Positions 12,893 through 23,791 of a stretch of DNA of 64,000 nucleotides are shown here, in pieces (the first letter of the stretch is position 1; every line of letters begins with the position of its first letter). Position numbers and translations under genes: made by a program. The notes under the pieces are model-generated. The model saw only the letters and a program-made list of their open reading frames with translations, searched no databases and was not told where the DNA came from. This DNA is from Camelus dromedarius (Eukaryota), in the NCBI RefSeq assembly GCF_036321535.1, contig NC_087436.1, positions 47,432,001 through 47,496,000 on the forward strand. Direction: 5' to 3'.

Positions 12893-13739
12893 AGAATTTA
12901 TTTTCAGTATCAAATTATTGCTTGGACTTGTATATGATCAGTGCCAGTTTTATATGCTTACAGAAGTTACTTGATATGACTTAAAAAAAGGTTAGTTTAA
13001 ATACATTTAGTAATTATTCCTAGGTATATTGCGAGTGTTGTATACAGACTTTGTAAAGGTCACTTGATGGGCAGTGTGTAAAAACAGTGCATGAATCTGT
13101 GGTAATCACAAGTATATACTCTTAGAATAAATGAGAAAAAGCACCCAGTGTGATATAAGTAAGTATAATTTGGTAAAATTTGGTGAATTTGGATAAAATT
13201 TCCAAACTGCATTTCATATGGGATTAAAGAATGCCATTTCTCAAACCACAGTGGTGGGAGTAAAGTGGACATATTCTGAGAGTACTGTGTTGCATGACTG
13301 AAAAGGTGGCTTTAGTGACACTGATGATAAAGGGGCTTGGAAGCTGGAATAAAGTGGTTTCATGGTATCTTACAGATGATGTTTTGAGTGATTTTTGTTT
13401 GTTTATTTCCAAACTGTTTTTATCATTGTCTCTTACTTGAGGTCACCTCCTCTTTGCAGTTGCCTGATTTTGACATATATGGTACATTCTGGGAATTTCT
13501 TTCTCACTAGATATTAGGACATTAGGCTTAATGGTTTCTTGTATGTGGAGTGATAACTGCTTAAGGGTAGACCAGTTGTCATTAGGAGAATTGATTGAGG
13601 AGGCACAGCATCAAGTCCCTCTTTCATACTTCTTTTTAAAGTCTCATTTTGAAATGTTAATTTTCTTCATTAAGATATCCTTTGGAGAACTCTAAATTGT
13701 TGAATCAAACATTTAAATTGTACTTTTGTGAATGTATAG

Positions 13740-13853
13740 GATATTGTACCTGTGGATGCCTCTTATGAAGTAAAAGAACTGTATGTGCCAGAAAACAAAC
13801 TTCATCTGGCAAAAACAGATGCAGAAACATTACCAGCATTGAAAATTAATAAG
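13740..13853 (+). CDS. PAPSS1: PAPS synthase 1 coding exon (approx. exon 6 by human numbering), linker/start of ATP sulfurylase domain
   Basis: Acceptor tgtatag| and donor AAG|gtgagt. 114 nt, phase 0-0. Translates [38 protein letters not shown], recognised as PAPSS1. Confidence 0.96.
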
Positions 13854-14036
13854 GTGAGTTCTTTGTTCCTTTTTGCACGGAGTGATTTAATCAATTTAAA
13901 TATTCCGGTGGGATATGCTAGAAATCTTAAAGTTCAAGAAATAATACAATGTTTGTTAGATGAAGGGCACTTTGTCATTGGTGAGGGTTTTTTGGGGGGG
14001 GAATTGTTTTTATCTAAAGTTTGTTTTAGTTTAGGA

Positions 14037-14220
14037 CAGTGGTTTTCAGAGTATAGTTTCCAGACCATCATTGTTAGCATTTTCTGGACACCTGTTAGAA
14101 ATTCAAATCCTTGTGCCGTACCAACTAAACCAACTAAGTCAGAAACTGTAGGGTGGAGCAGTCTTCATTTAACAAGCCTTCCAGAAGTTTCTTAAACATA
14201 TTAAAGTTTGAGGACTGCTG
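14037..14220. mobile_element. hAT-Charlie MITE, MER5A-like
   Basis: Imperfect terminal inverted repeats cagtggttttca...tgaggactgctg, about 185 bp, with internal ctgttagaaattcaaat and catttaacaagc. Confidence 0.75.
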
Positions 14221-14447
14221 TTTTGGGAGATGCTATCCTTATTAGAAATGTTGGGAAGCCTAATGTTACTTAAATTTATTAAGAAAAATGCATATTTTCC
14301 TAGTGCTCTAATTGTTTATTAATTTGTTTAGTCTGTAATCATTCTTAAGAAGTTTGTTTTCATTGCTTTCAAAATTAAACTCCAAAAAGCCATTACTGCT
14401 TTTGTTCATAAGTACATGAAATTTTTCTTTACTGTCTCATTTACTAG

Positions 14448-14559
14448 GTGGATATGCAGTGGGTGCAGGTTTTGGCGGAAGGTTGGGCAACCCCGCTGAA
14501 CGGCTTTATGAGAGAGAGGGAGTACTTGCAATGTCTTCATTTTGATTGTCTTCTGGATG
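14448..14559 (+). CDS. PAPSS1: PAPS synthase 1 coding exon (approx. exon 7)
   Basis: Acceptor catttactag| and donor ATG|gtaaga. 112 nt, phase 0-1. Translates [37 protein letters not shown](G). Absent from the ORF track; read manually. Confidence 0.96.
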
Positions 14560-15145
14560 GTAAGACATTTTATATTCAATAGTAATTGAGTGTAGAAGAG
14601 AAATTACACAGTTGCAGGAATTCATCACTATTTATAGAAAGTAGAGGTAACATCTTAATGGAGATAGCCTTTTAAGACTAAATTATATCAGTACTCAACA
14701 TTTTAAATGTATTGTGAGATCTTTTTTCCAGTTTTAGTTTTCCTGATCATGATTTATTGCAGGGGGAGAAGGACAACCTGGGGATGAGGGCTGAAAATGG
14801 ATTTAAAAAACAAATAAGTTCCCCTGTGACATATCCACCTATCACAGTAGAAAGTCTTTCCCTGGAAAGTGCACACACTTATTAAATTGTGCCATATTAA
14901 ACTTGTGCTTGCTTAAGCTGAGCATTCTAACAAGGAATCAGGGAGTCCAAGTTAAGGAATCCTGAAATAGGTGGTTTAAAGGATGGTTATTCCTTTTCTT
15001 TTAAAACACTAAAAAAAAAAAATTGCCAAAGAAATTGATATTGAGTATATTATAATGACATTCCAACTACCTTAAACTTTCTATACTGTTAGTAAGATTA
15101 ATTTATTATAATAAAGAAAATATTGCTAAATGTTAATGAACCCTA

Positions 15146-15791
15146 GTGCCATATGCTCCAGCAGTTCCACTTCTGGGTATTTACCTGAAGAAAACAAAAA
15201 CACTAACTAGAAAAGATACATGCACCCCTATGTTGATTGCAGCATTATTTACAATAGCCAAGGTGAGGAAGCAACCTGAGTGCCCATCGATAAGTGAACA
15301 GATAAAGAAGATACACACACACACACACAAACACACAGAGAGGAATATTACTCAGCTATAAAAAATGAACTTTTGCCATTTGCTGCAATATGAATGGACC
15401 TGGAGGGTGTTAGGCTAAATGAAATAAGTCAGATAGAGAAAGACAGATATCATATGATTTCAGTTATATGTGATTTAAAAAACAAAACAGAAGAACAAAC
15501 ATTAACAAAATAGAAACAGACTCATAGAGACAGAGAACAAATTGGTGGTTGCCAGAAGGGAGAGGTGTGGGGATGGCTAAATAGGTGAAGGGGATTAAGA
15601 GGTACAAACTTACAGTTATAAAATAAGTCACAAGGATGTAATGTACAGCATAGAGTCAATAATACTGTAATATTAGTGTGTGGTGATAGTCACTAGATAG
15701 TCATCATGGTGATCATTTCATGATGTTTTTAAATACTGAATCACTATGTGGTACATCTGAAACTAACATAATACTGTACGTCAGCTATAAT
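15146..15791 (+). mobile_element. L1 3' fragment (ORF2 C-terminus plus 3' UTR), sense orientation, lacking poly(A) end
   Basis: ORF 15146-15361 (PYAPAVPLLGIY...KDTCTPMLIAALFTIAK...QPECPS) is the L1 ORF2 C-terminal signature. The 3' UTR follows and stops at gtcagctataat. Confidence 0.9.
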
Positions 15792-17052
15792 ACTTGTCCC
15801 AGAACTCTATAGAATTGCTGCCACGTTCTTGTGTGTTATGACTTCTTTTAACTGAAGAGTAGAATAGATAGTAGAAAATGTAGTTCCTAGTCTTTGTTCT
15901 CAATAACCTTTGTCACAAGAACATAAGGATTAAATTTTACTTCCTGATTTTCTTCCTTGAAAGTAATGGTAAAGTCTTTGTGGATTGCCTTCTTAGTAAT
16001 GATTTAGTCTTGGATATGGTGCAAATAAAACTATCCATTAATTTTCCACTTTGAGCTGTACCCTGTGGGGGTAATATTAAAACAGCCATGCAGTTATCAT
16101 TGATTTGTTGACATCTTTTGCCCAAAGAAGGCATGCCATGATTTTCCTCAAAAAGTAAGGTTTCTTCTTGATGTGTAAATAATATCCGCATATGAATTTG
16201 AGATCACATTTTATTTTTCTAACCTGTGCATGATGAGTAGGAAAGAAAAAAACACATTTAGAGCTTGAAAGATTGGCAACTGAGAATGTGCCTTTAGTCT
16301 CATTGGCAATATGTTTTGGTTTAAATGGAGCCCCTGATGATTTATTTACTGCCTGTGTTTCTTGACCAGTGATAACTGCCAGTAGTTCCATTTTGATTAA
16401 AAACCAAGAAACGAAAACCTTTTTGGGTGTTTTTTTGTCTTCCTATCTCAAGGATACCTGGGTATACCAAGTATACTCAAGTGTTCTTAACCAACTTGCC
16501 ACTCAAAATACAGTGATCAGCAAGGGTACATCTGGTACCTCTGAAACTAACGTAATACTGTACGTCAGCTATAATACTTGTCCCAGAACTCTACAGAACT
16601 GCTGCCACGTTCCATGTGTATTTTTCCCAAAAAGATCCTGAAGCATAATTCTTTGTCTTACTCATATATTTTTGTTGGTGTTTGGCTTAACCAACTGATC
16701 CTTCCTTGTTAAACTGTTTCTTTTACTTCTGTGTGTCTGTACCTAGGAACACCTTCTGTGATTTTTTTCCCCCTACAGACAGTTTCATGAATGGTTGTAA
16801 GAAGGCTTGCTACACACAGTGACACTGTTGATGTGCTTAATTTTTTCTGTTTCTCAAAATTTTTTAATTTTTAATGTCTGGGTTTGTTGCTTGTTCTCTC
16901 TCCTGATTTTCTGTGCCAGGTACCAGTGGAAACTGTCACTGGACCCATGCATCTTTTATTATTTGGCAAATGTCTACTGAAGTGTGAAAAGTAGATGTGA
17001 GACCTGTTGAGTAATCCAAGCTGTGTGCTTTATATTTTTCTGTGCCCTGCAG

Positions 17053-17258
17053 GGGGTGTCATTAACTTGTCAGTACCTATAGTTCTGACAGCTACTCAGG
17101 AAGATAAAGAGAGGCTGGATGGCTGTACAGCATTTGCTCTGATGTACGAGGGCCGCCGTGTGGCTATCCTTCGCAATCCAGAGTTTTTTGAGCACAGGAA
17201 GGAGGAGCGCTGTGCCAGACAGTGGGGAACAACATGCAAGAGCCACCCCTACATCAAG
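17053..17258 (+). CDS. PAPSS1: PAPS synthase 1 coding exon (approx. exon 8)
   Basis: Acceptor ccctgcag| and donor AAG|gtcctg (non-consensus at +3 to +6). 206 nt, phase 1-0. Translates (G)[68 protein letters not shown]. Confidence 0.95.
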
Positions 17259-18039
17259 GTCCTGAATAAACCTTGCTGCATTTTATCTTGATTTGCCAAT
17301 AATGTTTGTGCTGAAATATGGGGAATTACCTGTGTGTCTACTACTCCATTGGAACTGTTAGCATTTTGCAGAATCGAGACTGGAACTTATAGTAGTGTGA
17401 TGAGCATATGGTCTTGTTGTCTTGGTCCAGATGAATATTTAGCAAATATCTTTTAAACATCTGCTTTACACCAGGCACTGAGCTCAGTGCCAGTGCTGGG
17501 AATACAGGGCTGATGTGCATGGCACGCACAGTCTTTATGTGCTTGGAGCTGACTCTCTAGTGGTGGAGCCGACATTAATCATGTCCTTGCAGGTAGGATG
17601 GGAGGGCAGGATGCTATGGGAGCCCACAGCAGGCTGGTTTTATCTAGTCTGGGCTTTTAATTGAACACTGTTCCTGATATGCATGCAATGAGAAGTATAA
17701 TTAGTCTTCCCAAAGGGCCTCATGTATCTTATGTTTAATATGTGAAATGTTATCACTGAAGTCAAATTTCTGTCAGTTGTTTTACAGTAGACTTTGAACT
17801 TTAAAAGAAACTAAGTGAAATTTTAGTAGCTTTATTTATCTGGAAAATTTGTATAGCATTTGTTTAGATCATAGCAATGTGCTACATCTCATTTTGTTGT
17901 CTCAGGACAAAAAAGTGATAAACTTAAAAATAGGCAGATATGTTGTTTAATAAAATAAGGAGGTTGAACTAATGGTGGTGTCAGACATTCTTTGAGCATT
18001 AAAATTCTACAGTTATTAATAACAAGTAACAGAGTTTAC

Positions 18040-18230
18040 AAGAATGCTTATGGAAATTCTTTGAACCACATAGCAAACCTGTAGGATGGCTGGCATTTCC
18101 ATTTTACACATGGAGAAACTGAGACTTTATAGGGAATGTATGTCTTGACCCAAGTTATATAGCTTATAGGTGAGGTGAGAGGCTGCTTTGAATCCAAGAC
18201 CTTGGGCTTGAAAGCTATCTTCCATAACTC
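18040..18230 (-). mobile_element. MIR SINE fragment
   Basis: ccattttacacatggagaaactgagact...ttgacccaagttatatagct...tttgaatccaag. Confidence 0.7.
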
Positions 18231-18959
18231 ATAACAGAGAGTCATTATTGGTGGACACAGAGCATCACGTACTATGTAACCCCTACCGCTAAAGAGTACC
18301 TTTTTATATGAATTCATTGGAGGAGACATTTTTTGATCACTCAACATATGTGAGTACTGTTTATGTTAGGTACCACTTTCATTTAGAGCAGTATGTAAGG
18401 CTTCTTAGACTAGTTAGTGCCTGGTATGCAGCTGTGAGGAACCAGTAAGATTTGGATAGGAGGGGACTGTAGGAAACGGCTTTTGAGGTGTGTGGAACAG
18501 GAGGATCCAAGACTCAGTGTGTGTGGGAGCTCCCTGGTTTGTCGTTGAGTGGGAGAGAGGACCTTGGGCTTAGCGATCTACTCTAAGCTGTTAAGATTTT
18601 GCTCAGTCATAATAACAATTTACATGTATCTGTGCTTTTCAAACCACATTTCTGTTTGTTGGTCCTTACGGTGACTCTTAGGAGTAGACAAGGTTATTTT
18701 CTTTATCCTGAGGAATCTTAGAGTGGATTCAGCCTGCCCAGAGCTGCAGAGACACTAGTGAGGAGTCAGGGTTAGAGTCTGTCTTAGGTCTTCTGAGTTC
18801 TTTGTACCGTGCTGCTCTGCCTTACTGGGCACAGAGACCACAGGCAGGTTTGACAGGGTCACAAACAGCGTGGTGCTTTAAGAAGTTAGCCCAGGAGTCT
18901 GGAGCAGAGTGTCCCTGTTCCAACCTCCACTCCCCTGGTACCGTCCATGCTCTCCCGGG

Positions 18960-19650
18960 CTGCAGCCTGGATGTGCCTGTCGTCTCCTGGCTAGACCCCT
19001 GCCTCCTCTCATACCCATTGCAGTCTGTTCTCCTTGGTGCAGCCAGAGTAAGTCTTCTAAAATATAAATCTGAGCATATCACTGCACCCTTTAAACTCTC
19101 CAGGGGCAGCTCACTGTAATAAGAATAAACCCAGATGCCTGTCTATGACTTGTCCCAGGGGTGGATCCTCTGGGCTCTGACGCTGCCGTCTTACTCCTGG
19201 GCTCTTCCTTGGCCGCTGCCCCTCTCCTTGCTCTGTCTTTCTGACCTTCTAGCCACACTGGCCTTCTTTCTGTTCCTCAAGGACAGAAGCCTGTTTCTAT
19301 GCCAGGACTTAGTGCTTGTTGTCCCTCTGCCCGAAATACTTGACCTCCGTGACCTGTTCCTCTTCATCATCTCAGGTTAAACGTCACCCTCTTCAGAAGG
19401 GCATTTCCTGACTCCTTTCTCTTAAATGCCATCCACTCTGCTCCCTGGACAGTGTTCCATTGTCCTGTTTGTTTTCTCCATAATTTTAATCAGTTGCTGG
19501 AATCTCTCTGATTTCTCCTCCATCTCGCCCACTAGAATGTAAGCTCCATTAAAGTAAGATCTTTCCTTCTCTTTTCTGTTGTATTTCCCAATGCCTAGCA
19601 CAGGCCCTGGCACGTATCAGGTCTTCAGTCAATATTTGTTGAGTGAATGG
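18960..19650 (+). mobile_element. L2 LINE 3' fragment
   Basis: Ends actagaatgtaagctccat...cctagcacaggccctggcacgtatcaggtcttcagtcaatatttgttgagtgaatg, the L2 3' terminus. Confidence 0.8.
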
Positions 19651-20286
19651 TTTGATGGATGGGGAGGGACCTCCTCGTGAGGGAGACAAGGCGGGGAGTG
19701 ACTACACAGTCAAAGTGCACCTAAACTGATGCAGTGAGGGGAAGAGGGTGAATTTGAGCTGTATTGCAAAAATGAATGGGTCCTTGAGGGTAATATCACC
19801 TCCTCTCAGGGGCAGGGAAAGAAGACGAGCGAGGCTGAAGGAAATTTGAGGTGGTGTGGAGGTTGGAAGGCATGAATTTGTGTCCAGCTTCATCATCATT
19901 ACTTTAATTGCTCAAAAGTTTAGGACTGGAGAACACAGAGGGTGAGGTGACCCAGGGTTACCCGTTTTTTTCTGTTAATCAATGTACAACAACAATGAAA
20001 AGAATGTTTTTGTTACTTAAAATGTCATAATTATTAATTGTGGCTTTGTTTGCCTTTCATATGCAAATGTAATAGCTGTGTTACCAGTCATTTGCAAAAG
20101 TAGGAAATGTATTCTAATTCTCTTGCATCTCTAATCCTAATTCAGTTGATAAGCCAAGCAGATTTACCATTGACCTTCAGATGAGAGTAGTTTACAGGTA
20201 TATTTAGCTTGTATGAGAGAAATGTTCTTACTTATTTTGCTCTCAGTTTCTGTTGAAAAACAGTATTTTCTTTCTCTTGCCATTAG

Positions 20287-20422
20287 ATGGTTATGGAACA
20301 AGGTGACTGGCTGATTGGAGGAGATCTTCAAGTCTTGGACCGAATTTACTGGAATGATGGTCTTGATCAGTATCGTTTTACTCCTACTGAGCTAAAGCAG
20401 AAGTTTAAAGATATGAATGCTG
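20287..20422 (+). CDS. PAPSS1: PAPS synthase 1 coding exon (approx. exon 9)
   Basis: Polypyrimidine tract then cattag|, donor CTG|gtaaga. 136 nt, phase 0-1. Translates [45 protein letters not shown](D). Confidence 0.96.
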
Positions 20423-21879
20423 GTAAGACATGGACCTAAGTATCTAACAGGGGGCTACTTGGAGTAGCAATGGAATATGTAACGAAAGGTCGTCAACCTA
20501 AACCGACCAACAGAGTGCTTTAGATCCCACAGTGTCCTATGTGAGTGGAAAGTATCACTGCAGAAAATAATAGGACAGCAGTATCACGTTTGCTGTTCAT
20601 TCATCAAGTGTTTGTCTTGCGTCTTGATATACCAGAGTGCCAAGTGCTGAGGATTCATAAATGAATAAGACAGGAGCTTGTGGTGTGGAAGAGACAGACA
20701 GTGAACAAATAACAGGAGAAGTTGCTGAAGAGCAGGTTCCTAATGATTTCAGATTTCTGGATTAGGATGAAATGGAGCAGTAGGAGTCGAGAGTCTGTAG
20801 AAGCTGTCCTTTGCAATACTGTCTTAGAAAATACCCAGGGTGGGTATTTTTATATTGGACACTTGCAATTAGCAGGTGTCTTACATGGAGGTAGGTAAAT
20901 GGTGTCTTTACACTGTCACCCACACTTGCAAATTCTGGGTGCCATGTTAATGCCAGCAATTGCTGCAGAGCAGATCTGGGGAGGCTTTTTTAAGATCTGA
21001 AGAATTAAAAGCCTCCTACAATCATGCTACTAATTCTCACCCACTACAGAAATGGTTAAACCCAGTCATTGGTGCTACTTTTTAAAATATCTTCTGTGTA
21101 GAAATTGGGCAGATAGGGCTGAGAAAATTCAAGCGAATGTGGTTGTTTTGTAAGGAAATAGCTGCCCACCTGGCCATATGTGTTAACCAGAAGCCCGTCT
21201 CCCCAAGTGACTCTAGAGTCTGGGCAAGAGTACCCGTTTCATCCGTTGTGTTTAGCTTCTGTGAACCCCAGACCCTGGTAGTCATTCCCAGTCCTGTGTG
21301 CACACTGTCCCCCGTTTCACCACCTAGAAGTTAAGTGGTTGTGGGGAAAGTGGTTTCCTCTCTAAGGCTCAGTTCCCTGAGTCCTACAAATGAGGACAAT
21401 GATGGTAGTGAAATGAGGTAAGATGGTGAGGCACCGTCATAGTACCTGGCACACAGTAAGAGGCTAAGGTGTCGTTTCTGTTATGTGAGTCTGAAGCTAG
21501 TTTACCTGTATATGTCTAAAGGGTAGAGAAAGAATATCTTGTTTATTCTTAGGTTCTACTGTAATTTGCCAATATTGGAAGTGATTAGAGATTAAAACCG
21601 ATCGAGGACTGGAGGCCTCAGATGAGCACACGCTCTTCAGAGCGCCACAGTTCCCACCCAGCCCTCTCCGTTCACTCACACTTCTTGCTTGGCCCCTCTA
21701 GGGTATTTCAGTGTAGGACCCCATTCTTTTTTTCTGAATTTTATTCCACTCCTGAATTTGAAGCAAATATTTGGCTCAAGTTTATACTTGTGTAGGAATT
21801 TCTCTGACTATTATGCTTGATGCTTTCTTATGCAGCAGCTTGTTTTCTTTCTTGCTAACATGCTTTGGGCCGAGTCGTA

Positions 21880-22297
21880 AGGGTCTGTGTCACGACTGCT
21901 GTCAGTCAGTGATGGTGCCCAATTCTCTTTTGTCAGTGTGTGATTTAAGGGTCCATGAGGAAGTCAGTTTTGGCCTCTGAGATATAAGGAAGAGGGGCTT
22001 CTGGGAAAGGTTTTCCTTCCTGATAAGAAACTGGCTTAGGGCAAAAACATTTCCTTTTTCCATTCTTCCTTTTCTTCCTGCTTTGGATACTGTCTTCATG
22101 TAAGGGTGCAATGTTTGGAGCTCTTGCAGCCATTTTACATCCATGAGAATCCATGAGAATCTTATACTGTTTAATTTTCTTATCCAACCCTGGAGTCTTC
22201 TATATCCAGAGTTCTTATTTGAAGACCTAATGCTTATTTGGTGATACAGGACACTTCCAGTTGGGTTGTTTTTATTTGCAACCAGAAGCACCTGACA
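21880..22297 (+). mobile_element. MaLR LTR fragment (MLT1-like)
   Basis: cttctgggaaaggttttcct...cttcctgctttggatactg...gcagccatttta...ttatttgcaaccagaagcacctgaca resembles old MLT1 LTRs. Confidence 0.55.
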
Positions 22298-23747
22298 GTT
22301 TGATATATGCAGACTTCTTTTTTTTTTTCAGACTGGTGAACAGGAACATGTTTAACAGATGACTTGCTGAGACCATCTTGTTTACTTTAATTTTTCCCCC
22401 CAAATAATTCATATCTGGAATTCATGGTAGTAAATTAATCATTGGCACTGTTGAGGGGTCTTATCAAGAAATTATCATTCATAATCAGAGACTTTATATT
22501 ACATCTGTTTTGCATTCTTCCTTGGGCACCAAACATTTTAAATCATTTAGAGCAGTTGTTGCATAATGAGTGATTGCAGCTTTGTTTAAAGTAGCTGAGA
22601 GCCAGGTATTAGCCTTTACATCAGGCAGAAGAGATGGTGGAGCATTATTTTGTTTACTTTTCCATTTTAGACTGAGGCAAATAAGCAAAGACTGAGGAGC
22701 TTCCTTCATAATTCTTGTTCACTCTTTTAGGAAGCCAGTAACGAGTCATCTACTGGCATGTACAAATCCTAGTTCAAGGAAGAGAAAACAGGTTTTTTTT
22801 TTTTGTTTCTTTCCTTACCTCTCCTTCCTTCTTCTTCTCTCATCTTAGAAGAGCTTTGGTTACCCTGTGTGCACTCCTGTCCTGTGCACAGTAGTATGCT
22901 CAGGTTTGCTGTCTCTAGACCGTTCTGTAGTTGGAGTGATTGAGAGGACTTTATTACCCAAGTCAGTGATTGCAAGGTGACACGGTTCCAGATGGCAGGT
23001 TCTTTGAACCTCTGATGGTTGACCACTATCCTGGAAGGGAAGAATGAATTTCACTTAAACCAAGTAAAAGCCAGTTAGTATTTATTACACACAGAGTGTT
23101 CGTGTCCTGCTGGGTTACAGAGGGAAAAGTTGACATACCTTCTTTCAAGCTAGTATGTGGTAGCACCCTGTTGAATAAATCTGAGAAAGCTTGTAGAGTT
23201 GTTGAACCACAAAGTGTGTTTTAAGTGCATGGATAGAGACAGTAGGTGGATGTCTTAGGCAAAGTTGGGAAGGATGCAGACATGAGAAGGCTGAGATGGA
23301 GACAGATGGTTTGGCTCTGAAAGCACTGGGATTTCTTGACCATAAATGGTGGTGAGTTGGAGATGCTGTCACCTGAGGGTGGGTGATGGATCCTCTGTCA
23401 GCCAGAGTAGGGCACACGCAGATGAGGCTGTGAACATTATCTGACAGTATTTAAAGAGGGGTGATCAGGGTTAAAGAAACCATCGAAAAGTGATGAGGCA
23501 TCCAGGGACTAGCGAGTTGGGGTCGTTTTACCATTCATGAAGGGGTGTCATAAGGAAACATTGTTTCTGTAGTTGGGTAGGAGGAGCTGGAGCTGTGCGG
23601 AGGGGCTGCTGGGCAGAAGCTAGTTGTAGGGGGATGTGGGCATGGCTGACAGGATGCTACTGGTGCAGACTTTTTCTTCCTGCATCCTCTGGTTTCCTGC
23701 TAATGTCTCCCATAGGGAGGCGGGTGTACAGCGCTCCCCCACCCCCA

Positions 23748-23748
<1 letters not shown>

Positions 23749-23788
<40 letters not shown>
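23749..23788 (+). repeat. (AC)20 microsatellite
   Basis: Direct count. Confidence 0.97.

Positions 23789-23791
<3 letters not shown>

Noticed and set aside
13752..14195. 147-aa ORF as a standalone gene
   Set aside because: Only the first 34 codons are PAPSS1. The rest is read-through past a strong gtgagt donor into intron and a MER5A-like element.
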